Below, one piece after another: positions 11,590 to 22,889 of a DNA stretch of 64,000 nt (positions within the stretch are counted from its first letter, which is position 1; each line of letters begins with the position of its first letter). Made by a program: the position numbers and the translations under genes. Source of the stretch: Macrostomum lignano (taxonomy: Eukaryota); assembly GCA_002269645.1 (NCBI GenBank), contig NIVC01000012.1, forward strand, positions 434,001-498,000, read 5' to 3'. The notes below the pieces were generated by a model. That model was not told the origin of the DNA. It worked only from the letters and a program-made list of their open reading frames with translations, and ran no database searches.

Positions 11590-14500
11590 GACATCTGAAG
11601 ATTGCCTGAATCAAGCTGAGTAAACATCTGAAGATTGCCTGAATCAAGCTGAGTAAACACCTGAAGATTGTCTGAATCAAGCTGAGTAAACACCTGAAGA
11701 TTGCCTGAATCAAGCTGAGTAAACACCTGAAGATTGCCTGAATCAAGCTGAGTAAACACCTGAAGATTGTCTGAAGCAAGCTGAGTAAACACCTGAAGAT
11801 TGCCTGAATCAAGCTGAGTAAACACCTGAAGATTGTCTGAATCAAGCTGAGTAAACACCTGAAGATTGTCTGAATCAAGCTTATTAGACATCTGAAGATT
11901 GTGATGTAACCACGCTCTGGTCGCGGGGTCTGGTGGGGGAAACTTTTTCAAAAGTACCTCCGACCTCCGTGCACCTACTGGGCAGAGCTGTTGAACTGGG
12001 CCGGGTCCCTGACCAGACCAGCTGACTCCCGCTCTGCTGCATCCCCCTGCTGTCTCTGTTCCGTTTCCCACTAAGCCACACGTGCCTTTCTGGAGCCCCT
12101 TTCTCTTTCTGCACCTCACCCGTCTCCCCGTTTCCCATGCGCCCTACCCCATCTATCATGTACTTCTCCTGCTTCCCATCTTTTTGTCACGTTTTAGCCT
12201 ATTTTTCTTGCGCTGTCCCCTTCTCATCCCGTGCCTACTTACAGTACCTCCTGTGCTCACCGTCGCCTCATCTCCTTTTAGAATCCCAAACGGTGACGCA
12301 AGACTTCTGACCCCTCCTTCACCCCACTGACTCATCATCCCCTCTTGCGCAACCTTTTCTCATGCTATTGTTCTCTTCTCAAGATTTCTCATGCGACATC
12401 CACCCCACCTCCGCTTCTATTGTTCTCGTTTTTTGATTCTTTTTTTCTCGTTTTCGCACCCAATTAGCACCTTTTCCCCAATGTTTACTTTTCTATTGTT
12501 CTCGGTTCTCCCCAATTATCCCCGATTTCCATTTCCTTTGTTCTCGGCCTGCGCCCCAATTTTTCTCCATGTTTGCTTGCGCAACACTTCTTCGACCCCC
12601 CGCTGTGCTCATTATCCCCCACCGCTCCTCCGGATTGCGCAACTTCCCCATTTCTCATGTTGCTATGGCGTTCTCATGCTTCTCGTCATGACTCATTCTG
12701 ACGTCATTTTTTCGGCAGCCAATCAGAGAGAGGGAGTCATGGAAACGACCTTGGAGCGGCGGCCGTGAGGTCTATTTAAGGGAGCGGTTTTCGGCGTGAG
12801 AACCCTCAGATGTCTCTCTTCTCGTCCTATCTTTGGACTTGCCGTCAGACGTTGCTCTGACCCTGCTCTGGTAGGGACTGAGACCGGCTTCCGGTTTTTT
12901 AATCTCTCAGAGCCTGTCCTGTGGCTCCAAGAGCATCATCTATGGCATCTCCTGTAACCAGTGCCACCCTGGGAAAATCATCTATGTAGGTATGACTAGA
13001 AGAACAATGAGAGATAGAATGAACCAACACAGGTCAAATATTAACAGGAGAGTCGTAACTTCGGGGTCAGAGAACTTTCTCACCCCAATCACTCGATTGC
13101 AAACTTTGTCACCATTGCCATTGAACAGGTTCTTAATAACAACAAAATCGAACTAAGGGAAGAAATCTGGATTAAAAAACTGGGGACTGAAAAAACCGCC
13201 AGGTACGAACATCAGGGTCGACAATCATCTTCTCCGACCCATCCCACTAGTCCTTCCTTTTCACCCATCTACGGTCTGGCTTGCCAACGAGATTGCTAAA
13301 AACTTTGATAAACTACAAAATAAACCAGGCCCGCATTTACATGGCAACGTAACTTACAGAGCCTCCTGGCTCCCAATAAGTTCAAGTCTCAGCCAGGAAA
13401 CCATTGAATAATTTAACCAATGCGCTCACTTTACCCTATTGATGTACAATATTTATTCACTTGTTTATTTTATTCCAACTACTTGATTTTACGCACAAAT
13501 ATTGATTTTTATGCTCCTACCTTCAATACCGGCATTTCATCTAATCGTATAGTACTTCGAAAAAAAACAATTTCTATATAATAAATATACTGTCGATTGA
13601 AATGAACGGTGGAAAGCCTCTGCGACAAGTTAGAGCTAGACAAAACAGGGTTTTAAATGAACATCCCTCATATGTACAAACTACTCATCAATTTTATCAG
13701 ACTAAGAAAAGTTGATTAGACACCTGAATATTGCCTGAATCAAGTTGATTAAACACCTGAAGATTGCCTGAATCAAGTTGATTAGACACCTGAAGGTTGC
13801 ACCTGAATCAAGTTGATTAGATACCTGAAGATTGCCTGAATCAAGTTGATTAGACACCTGAATATTGCCTGAATCAAGTTGATTAAACACCTGAAGATTG
13901 CCTGAATCAAGTTGATTAGACACCTGAAGGTTGCACCTGAATCAAGTTGATTAGACACCTGAAGATTGCCTGAATCAAGTTGATTAGATACCTGAAGATT
14001 GCCTGAATCAAGTTGATTAGACACCTGAAGATTGCCTGAATCAAGTTGATTAAACACCTGAAGATTGCCTGAATCAATTTAATTAAACACCTGAAGATTG
14101 CCTGAATCAAGTTGATTAGACACCTGAAGGTTGCACCTGAATCAAGTTGATTAGACACCTGAAGATTGCCTGAATCAAGTTGATTAGACACCTAAAGGTT
14201 GCACCTGAATCTAATGCATCAGGAATCAAGGTCTTAAATCAGTGATAAACCAAGCTAAACTAAAGTTGGAAATCCAAGTTCAATGGTTTAAATAATTGAG
14301 TATTTTCTAATTGCATCATTATGCAGTAGAAATATAATCTGCATCAACCAGTCGCAACTGACATACTGCAGCTGCTTGCAATATAAATAACAAGCAACAA
14401 AAGCCTTCAACTCTTTTTGTCTTTTCCTTCTTTAGTCGTAGCGGCTGAGAAGTGTTTTAATTATTAGTGTGTTCAAATAGTTTACCCCATAAAAGACTCT

Positions 14501-15586
14501 CTCGATCGTGAGAACTTGAAGGGCTGGCTCTTCGTTTGTCGCACAGCAAGATAATGAGAACACGGAACTGCTAATCAATGCCTATGTAGGAGCCGGTTGA
14601 GAAGGTTTTATTGCTATTGTCAGCATAACTACAGCTGTCTTCAGTAGTGCACGAGCTTACAATCTACAACACTAACTAAGTTATCGTACCTATGCAAAAG
14701 TGGCAAAAGAAAGTTGAGTAGACACCTGAAGATTGCCTGAATTATGTTGATTTTTTAAACCTAAAGATTGCCTAAATCAAGCTGATTAGACACCTGAAGA
14801 TTGCCTGAATCAAGCTGATTACACACCTGAAGATTGCCTGAATCAAGTTGATTAGACACCTGAAGATTGTCTGAATCATGTTTATTTTTGAAACCTAAAG
14901 ATTGCCTGAATCAAGCTGCTTAGACACCTGAAGATTGCCTGAATCAAGCTGATTACACACCTGAAGATTGCCTGAATCAAGCTGATTACACACCTGAAGA
15001 TTGCCTGAATCAAGCTGATTAGACACCTGAAGATTGTCTGAATCATGTTGATTAACCACCTGAAGATTGCCTGAATCAAGCTGATTAGACAGCTGAAAAT
15101 TGCCTGAATCAAGCTTATTTGACACCTGAGGATTGCCTGAATCAATTTGATTAGACACCTGAAGATTGCCTGAATCAAGTTAATTAGACACCTGAAGATT
15201 GCCTGAATGAAGCTGATTTGATACCTGAAGGTTGCCTGAATCAAGCTGATTTGATACCTGAAGGTTGCCTGAATCAAGCTGATTTGATACCTGAAGGTTG
15301 CCTGAATCAAGCTGATTTGATACCTGAAGATTGCCTGAATCAAGCTGATTTGATACCTGAAGGTTGCCTGAATCAAGCTGATTTGATACCTGAAGATTGC
15401 CCGAATCAAGCTGATTCGATACCTGAAGGTTGCCTGAATCAAGCTGATTTGATACCTGAAGATTGCCTGAATCAATCTGATTTGATACCTGAAGGTTGCC
15501 TGAATCAAGCTGATTTGATACCTGAAGATTGCCCGAATCAAGCTGATTTGATACCTGAAGGTTGCCTGAATCAAGCTGATTTGACA
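11590..15586. repeat. 33-bp satellite (acacctgaagattgcctgaatcaagctgattag) in three blocks: ~11590-11900, ~13710-14210, ~14712-15586
   Basis: Period 33 measured at 11641/11674; the blocks carry different subtype variants. Confidence 0.95.
12805..13420 (+). mobile_element. Degenerate Penelope-like GIY-YIG fragment, copy C
   Basis: CGSKSIIYGISCNQCHPGKIIYVGMTRRTMRDRMNQHRSNI..(fs)..HPNHSIANF..IEQ..REEIWIKKLGTEK(fs)PPGTN..PIPLVLPF..(fs)PAFTWQRNLQSLL; at least three frameshifts. Confidence 0.8.
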
Positions 15587-16309
15587 CTGCCGTAAGGCTC
15601 CATATTGCTACCAAAAAAAGCTTGAATATTATGCTAACGCGCGAGATTTTAACTCCTGTTGCGTCACAAAAATATTTTTATTCATTAGCTTTTTCAGATT
15701 TGTTGTTTCGCTAAATTAATTATTTTGTCTCGCCAGTATTGCGTATAGTCTTCAACTCAAACAGAATTTGGACTAGCTTTAAAATCAGAGTCAGATCGTA
15801 AAATACTTCGAGTAAAGAAAGTCAGTATAATTCCTATATTTTTTAAGCAGCAAGGTTTTTCCTTCCTTCCGGAATCCAGACCAAGAGAAACATGATAGGA
15901 AGGCTGCGCCGGTTCTGCAGTGCACCGGTCGAACTTACTGACATATTTTTGGTACATGTAGCTGTATGCTCTTCCTTCCCTTCCCGCTTTACATGTATGC
16001 TGCATCTTTTTTTTACTCAAACTGAGCTCCTTGTCGCAATCCTTCCATCCTTCGTTTCTTTGGCCTGTAATGTTTGTCTAGCCAAGGAGTACTAAACTTG
16101 AAAGCTGAATAGACCAAGATGGACCAATTGTTTGGAACCATGACTGAGCAGTCTTATCCAAAGAGCAATAGTTCTAATTCAAACAGATCAAATCTTAAGA
16201 CATTGTTGATTTTTAGCGATATGCAAAGAATGATACTTAATACTTACTTATATGGCAATATGCTGAAGTCTGATATTGATGATTCAAGTAGCTCAATATT
16301 TTACGATTC

Positions 16310-16815
16310 TATGAGGTATTCAGACACGATTCTATGGGGTATTCAGACACGACTCTATGGGGTATTCAGACACGACTCTATGGGGTATTCAGACACGACT
16401 CTATGGGGTATTCAGACACGACTCTATGAGGTATTCAGACACGACTCTATGGGGTATTCAGACACGACTCTATGAGGTATTCAGACACGACTCTATGGGG
16501 TATTCAGACACGGCTCTATGGGGTATTCAGACACGGCTCTATGGGGTATTCAGAAACTACTCTAGGGGTATTCAGACACGACTCTATGGGGTATTCAGAC
16601 ACGATTCTATGGGGTATTCAGACACGACTTTATGGGGTATTCAGACACGATTCTATGGGATATTCAGACACGATTCTATGGGGTATTCAGACACAATTAT
16701 ATGAGGTGTTCAGACACGGCTCTATGGGGTATTCAGACACGACTCTATGGGGTATTCAGACACGACTCTAGGGGTAGTTAGGCACGACTCTATGGGGTAT
16801 TCAAACACGACTCTA
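16310..16815. repeat. 23-bp minisatellite (tcagacacgactctatggggtat)
   Basis: Period 23 (16321/16344). Confidence 0.95.
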
Positions 16816-17792
16816 GGGTTATTTAGACATGAAAATCCTTCTTTTTCCCTACATCTTCCTAGAAAGAAAATATGTACGCTTTACATACTACTTTGGCGAA
16901 AAGTAAAGTAGTGGAGATTTAAAGTTGGTTCTTGAATTATATATTTGCTAAACACCATTACAAGTAAAATAATTTCAATAGAAGCATGAAAATGACCGTT
17001 CCATAAAGAACATTCAATCAAATGAAAATTCAGAAGCTAAACAAAAAAGAGATATCAGGGTTCTTCTTTCAAAAGACCTCAATTTCACTTAGACAACTTC
17101 ATGACTAACTCTGGAGCTTTGCTTCATGTAGTTTGGTTCGGAACTTGAAATTGACATCACTTGCTCACAACAAGGAAACCAGTCACCAGACCCCGGGCAC
17201 CCTGACAAAAAAAGATTAAATTAGTTCCCAATTCCGCATACCAAGTTAGGTTCTGCCAGTTGAAGACTTCTGCAACAATCCCAGTCGTTTCACTCGTCTT
17301 AAAAATCCTCGTCTTCGAGTTTTCAGCCGCATCATCGCCTCTTCGTGACGCTGGATTCGGCAGCGAACTGCCGTGGCACGCTGGGCAAGTCGCTGAAGCT
17401 CAGCCGAGATGTCCCGGATGCGTTGGGTGAGCCGATGTCGGCGATAACGTTTTTTTAGAATGCTTCAGCGACATTGTCCTACAACCATACAGAGACTTTA
17501 CATGAGGCTGTGTATGCAAACTTCCTGGCTTCCACCGACACAAAGAACAAAGTAACTAAACTGAGTACATGAAACCAATTTTTTTTCTGTGCAAAATTGC
17601 GTCACCACCATATTCTGATTGGCAACCAGTTGAACTCTTAGCTGAGCTATATTACCAACGACATTGCTTAATTTTTGTATCGCGTTACACAAGTTAAGGG
17701 CGGGTCTATACTTAAAACCTAGCAGGAGGTTGGAATCCTTGAGTCCTTGTGGATTAACTACATGTATTGCTGATTGTAGCAGCAAAATGCCT

Positions 17793-18050
17793 TGTAGCCT
17801 AGTGCCGTGGTTAGAGCTTCTGACTCACGGCTTGAAGGTCGGGGGTTCGATTCCCGATCCCACTGGAACAATTTGTGTCCTTGAGCAAGACACTTTACTC
17901 TGCATTGCTTCAGTTCACCCAGCTGTAAAATGGGTGCCAGCATTAGCTGGGGTAATTGAGGGTGTGACGTGTGGCGACCCCAGTCCTTGGACTGAACAGC
18001 CGTACGCAGCCTTCAGCAGGTGTAATCAATTATTATTATTACTATTGATT
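17793..18050 (+). mobile_element. tRNA-derived CORE-type SINE, copy 1 (internal deletion near 3' end)
   Basis: A box tagtgccgtgg, B box ggttcgattcc (17844-17854); 17874-17934 resembles the MIR CORE domain; (att)n-like tail; second copy at 35805-36108. Confidence 0.85.
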
Positions 18051-18070
18051 GTAGAACAAACCCTTCGAGA

Positions 18071-19429
18071 TCAACACACTTCGATACTCACCTTCTTCCC
18101 CTTCCCGACTTTCGTTCTGCTCGACTTCCTCTGTTGAATTTCCAACTTGCGAATTTCCTGATCGAGCGTCTTTCGCCGAGTTCTCAGCCTAACCAGCCGC
18201 TTCTGCAGTCGAGCTCGCCTATTCGTCACGTGCAAGCGTCGAGCTTTCAACAACTTGGCTTGCTTGACCAGCTCGCTTTGCCAACACGACTGAAACTGCT
18301 TCAATCGTTTCTCAGCGCGCTCCTTGAAACTCTCATTCTTGCTCTGGCTTTTCATTGTTGTCTTTGGTTTTGCCGGCGTCTGGGAGGCCTTGAGCATTTT
18401 ATAGTAAGCCGTCAGTTTGTACTTCATCAGCAATTGGGAATAGTTCACAGCCACATTGTGAATCGCTGATTCCAGCTTTTCCTTTCGTTTTAAGGCTTTT
18501 TCCTTCGGGCATTTAGCTGCTGCTCGGTAGAGGTCTGATTGCTTGTGGTCTGATTAATTGTGTTCTGATTGCTTGTGGTCTGATTGCTTGTGTTCTGTTT
18601 GCTTGTGGTCTGATTGCTTGTGGTCTGTTTGCTTGTGGTCTGTTTGCTTGTGGTCTGATTGCTTGTGGTCTGATTGATTGTTGTCTGATTGATTGTGTTC
18701 TGATTGCTTGTGGTCTGATTGCTTGTGGTCTGATTGATTGTGTTCTGATTGCTTGTGGTCTGATTGCTTGTGGTCTGATTAATTGTGGTCTGATTGCTTG
18801 TGGTCTGATTGATTGTGGTCTGATTGCTTGTGGTCTGATTGATTGTGGTCTGATTGCTTGTGGTCTGATTGCTTGTGGTCTGATTGATTGTTGTCTGATT
18901 GCTTGTGGTCTGATTGCTTGTGGTCTGATTGCTTGTGGTCTGATTGCTTGTGGTCTGATTGCTTGTGGTCTGATTGATTGTTGTCTGATTGCTTGTGGTC
19001 TGATTAATTGTGGTCTGATTAATTGTGGTCTGATTGCTTGTGGTCTGATTGATTGTGGTCTGATTGCTTGTGGTCTGATTGCTTGTGGTCTGATTGATTG
19101 TTGTCTGATTGCTTGTGGTCTGATTGCTTGTGGTCTGATTGCTTGTGGTCTGATTGCTTGTGGTCTGATTGCTTGTGGTCTGATTGATTGTTGTCTGATT
19201 GCTTGTGGTCTGATTGCTTGTGGTTTGATTGCTTATGGTCTGATTCATTGTTGTCTGATTGCTTGTGGTCTGTTAATTGCTTGCGCTCAGTCTTACTAAT
19301 GCAATCACAGGGCATAAATGATGGCTCACCTAACAATTTGCTCTGCGGACTATGCGTCTTTCCAGCAGATAGCTGGCAGGAGAACATAAGCACTAATGTA
19401 ACAAAACTTATCGTGCTTGAGATCTTCAT
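18071..19429 (-). CDS. Unknown secreted K/R-rich protein; best model exon1 19429-19297, exon2 18534-18071 (198 aa)
   Basis: Signal-like MKISSTISFVTLVLMFSCQLSAG. The ORFs 19019..19429 and 18071..18454 are in the same frame. Donor A|GTAAGA (phase 1) and acceptor aatcag|AC are phase-compatible. Confidence 0.55.
18535..19270. repeat. 15-bp minisatellite (tgattgcttgtggtc) with ~225-bp higher-order structure
   Basis: About 49 units; the tgattaattg variant recurs at 18554, 18779, 19004 and 19019. Confidence 0.95.
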
Positions 19430-19759
19430 TTTTCATTGAATTAATAAAATTATTAGCTAGTTTTTCTCCCAATATCTAAAATTTCTCTGTAAGCCTGCAA
19501 TTGATTGCTTTAAATATAGACAAAAGCCAGTTTAGCCAGAAATGAAAAGAAAGACGGGGTCACACTGTCTGAGTCCTGTCAAGATCTTCTCGAAGTCAGT
19601 TGTTTATGCAAAAACTTGCTTTGCTTAGCAAGAAGTGAGCAATCGAGAGGGAAGGGGTAGTCTGAGTTTAACCTTCTCGGCATAAGCCAGTATTGATTTT
19701 TTAAATTTTACTTTAACGTTAGAAGTCAACTGCGCCCTAGTGTCTGCTTTAACAACAGC

Positions 19760-20010
19760 AGTAGCTTTGGAACCCCAAAACAGTAGCTTTGGAACCCGAA
19801 ATAGTAGCTTTGGAACCCCGAAATAGTAGCTTTGGAACCCCGAAATAGTAGTAGCTTTGGAACCCCGAAATAGTAGCTTTGGAACCCCGAAACAGTAGCT
19901 TTGGAACCCGAAATAGTAGCTTTGGAACCCCGAAATAGTAGTAGCTTTGGAACCCCGAAATAGTAGCTTTGGAACCCCGAAATAGTAGCTTTGGAACCCC
20001 TAAAAGTAGC
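19760..20010. repeat. 21-25-bp minisatellite (ggaaccccgaaatagtagcttt)
   Basis: About 11 units upstream of Mox. Confidence 0.9.
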
Positions 20011-20272
20011 CTCGAAACCCAAAAAAGAAGCTTTGGCTGGGCCACCTTCATTTTTAGTGACTTCCACATCTCCAGTACTCCTAACCTCCTGGGGAGTTCC
20101 AGCCTCTCTCCCTCCACTCCATCCCCATCCGCAGTGTGGCGCATCAAATTAGAGAGAGCCAATTATAAAACCCGGACTGCACAGTTCTATTTAAAACAAA
20201 AAGTTTGGTGCCAACAAAGGGCTGCACGCCAGAAGCAGCTTTATCAAATTCTAGTCAAAGACCAGCATACTC

Positions 20273-20486
20273 ATGGAGCAGCAAATCTACCAGGCCTCGT
20301 GGCTTCTCAACTCTCCAATACAGCAGCAGCATCAGCCGCAGCATCCGCAGATGCAGTTGGGAACAGGTTTTTTAAACTACGCCGAAGCTTGTCTGTCTGC
20401 CAGTATTCAAGGCAGATCGGAGCCTTCTGTCTGTTGGCAGCAACAGCAGCAGCAACAGCAGCAGCATTGTTGGAGACCGAATGCTG
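20273..20486 (+). CDS. mox: Mox homeobox gene, putative exon 1 (Gln-rich N-terminus)
   Basis: MEQQIYQASW...QQQQQQQQQHCWRPNA; phase-1 donor G|GTCAGA matches the phase of the exon 2 acceptor. No homology support for this exon. Confidence 0.55.
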
Positions 20487-20574
20487 GTCAGACTTCTCTT
20501 ATTTTTCCTACTGCCTCCATTTTATCGTCGCTATGATTGTCTCCTAAAGTTTGCTTGTCTCCTCTCCCTCTCCT

Positions 20575-22505
20575 ACTGTCTCCCTGCGTCTACCCTCCCT
20601 TCTCTCCCTGAGCCTAGCTACCCTCCCTTCTCTCCCTGAGCCTAGCTACCCTCCCTTCTCTCCCTGAGCCTAGCTACCCTCCCTTCTCTCCCTGAGCCTA
20701 GCTACCCTCCCTTCTCTCCCTGAGCCTAGCTACCCTCCCTTCTCTCCCTGAGCCTAGCTACCCTCCCTTCTCTCCCTGAGCCTAGCTACCCTCCCTTCTC
20801 TCCCTGAGCCTAGCTACCCTCCCTTCTCTCCCTGAGCCTAGCTACCCTCCCTTCTCTCCCTGAGCCTAGCTACCCTCCCTTCTCTCCCTGAGCCTAGCTA
20901 CCCTCCCTTCTCTCCCTGAGCCTAGCTACCCTCCCTTCTCTCCCTGAGCCTAGCTACCCTCCCTTCTCTCCCTGAGCCTAGCTACCCTCCCTTCTCTCCC
21001 TGAGCCTAGCTACCCTCCCTTCTCTCCCTGAGCCTAGCTACCCTCCCTTCTCTCCCTGAGCCTAGCTACCCTCCCTTCTCTCCCTGAGCCTAGCTACCCT
21101 CCCTTCTCTCCCTGAGCCTAGCTACCCTCCCTTCTCTCCCTGCGTCTACCCTCCCTTCTCTCCCTGAGCCTAGCTACCCTCCCTTCTCTCCCTGAGCCTA
21201 GCTACCCTCCCTTCTCTCCCTGCGTCTACCCTCCCTTCTCTCCCTGCGTCTAGCTACCCTCCCTTCTCTCCCTGCGTCTACCCTCCCTTCTCTCCCTGCG
21301 TCTACCCTCCCTTCTCTCCCTGCGTCTACCCTCCCTTCTCTCCCTGCGTCTAGCTACCCTCCCTTCTCTCCCTGCGTCTACCCTCCCTTCTCTCCCTGAG
21401 CCTAGCTACCCTCCCTTCTCTCCCTGAGCCTAGCTACCCTCCCTTCTCTCCCTGCGTCTACCCTCCCTTCTCTCCCTGCGTCTAGCTACCCTCCCTTCTC
21501 TCCCTGCGTCTACCCTCCCTTCTCTCCCTGCGTCTAGCTACCCTCCCTTCTCTCCCTGCGTCTACCCTCCCTTCTCTCCCTGCGTCTAGCTACCCTCCCT
21601 TCTCTCCCTGCGTCTACCCTCCCTTCTCTCCCTGCGTCTACCCTCCCTTCTCTCCCTGCGTCTAGCTACCCTCCCTTCTCTCCCTGCGTCTACCCTCCCT
21701 TCTCTCCCTGCGTCTACCCTCCCTTCTCTCCCTGCGTCTACCCTCCCTTCTCTCCCTGCGTCTAGCTACCCTCCCTTCTCTCCCTGCGTCTACCCTCCCT
21801 TCTCTCCCTGAGCCTAGCTACCCTCCCTTCTCTCCCTGAGCCTAGCTACCCTCCCTTCTCTCCCTGCGTCTACCCTCCCTTCTCTCCCTGCGTCTAGCTA
21901 CCCTCCCTTCTCTCCCTGCGTCTACCCTCCCTTCTCTCCCTGCGTCTAGCTACCCTCCCTTCTCTCCCTGCGTCTACCCTCCCTTCTCTCCCTGCGTCTA
22001 GCTACCCTCCCTTCTCTCCCTGCGTCTACCCTCCCTTCTCTCCCTGCGTCTACCCTCCCTTCTCTCCCTGCGTCTAGCTACCCTCCCTTCTCTCCCTGCG
22101 TCTACCCTCCCTTCTCTCCCTGCGTCTAGCTACCCTCCCTTCTCTCCCTGCGTCTACCCTCCCTTCTCTCCCTGCGTCTACCCTCCTTTCTCTCCCTGCG
22201 TCTACCCTCCTTTCTCTCCATGGGTCTACCCTACTCTCTCCCTGCGTCTACCCTCCCTTCTCTCCCTGCGTCTAGCTACCCTCCCTTCTCTCCCTGCGTC
22301 TACCCTCCCTTCTCTCCCTGCGTCTACCCTCCTTTCTCTCCCTGCGTCTACCCTCCTTTCTCTCCATGGGTCTACCCTACTCTCTCCCTGCGTCTACCCT
22401 CCTTTCTCTCCCTGCGTCTACCCTCCTTTCTCTCCATGGGTCTACCCTACTCTCTCCCTGCGTCTACCCTCCTTTCTCTCCCTGCGTCTAGCTACCCTCC
22501 CTTCT
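20575..22505. repeat. 28-bp/24-bp polypyrimidine minisatellite in Mox intron 1
   Basis: ctccctgagcctagctaccctcccttct units grading into ctccctgcgtctaccctcccttct. Confidence 0.95.
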
Positions 22506-22608
22506 CTCTATCTGATTTCCCGACATCTAAACTTTCTTGACTGAACGATGCACATTCCTATATCCCCAAAAGTCCCAGACACATCGATTGCTTCATCACT
22601 TTCTCCAG

Positions 22609-22847
22609 ACATAGACGAACCAGTCGCCCTGGTGGAAGACTCGCTGAAGAATTTCAATGGCACGGCCTTGAAAGCACGGACCCCGTCTCCGGAGGCGACT
22701 CGAGCCTCCGCCAAGCGCCGCAAGGACCGGACAGCATTCAGTCGGAGTCAGTTGGACCAGCTGGAGAAGCACTTCTGTGAAAATAATTACCTCACTCGGC
22801 TGAGGCGCTACGAGATTGCCGTGACTCTCAATCTCACTGAGAGACAG
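22609..22847 (+). CDS. mox: Mox exon 2 (homeodomain helices 1-2)
   Basis: [44 protein letters not shown]; [13 protein letters not shown] is diagnostic of Mox/MEOX. Acceptor tttctccag, donor GTGAGA. Confidence 0.92.
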
Positions 22848-22889
22848 GTGAGATTGAGAATGTATCTCTTGAGCTTCAGCCTCTTTGCT

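Noticed and set aside
11510-15614. SNQLDSGNLQV / IQAIFRCL repeat ORFs and a gag-like reading of 11884-12159
   Set aside because: Satellite-derived, with frames broken between blocks; no gag zinc knuckle or other hallmark.
18554-19021. TAA read as Gln (ciliate-type code) to rescue the SDHKQ ORF
   Set aside because: Other genes in the window end in TAA normally (for example the ZDHHC and Nischarin stops); the 225-nt periodicity is explained by duplication of one mutant unit.
18490-19248. Fully open NQTTS mucin-like frame
   Set aside because: Preceded by an in-frame stop, not connected to the signal peptide, and ends right after the repeat.
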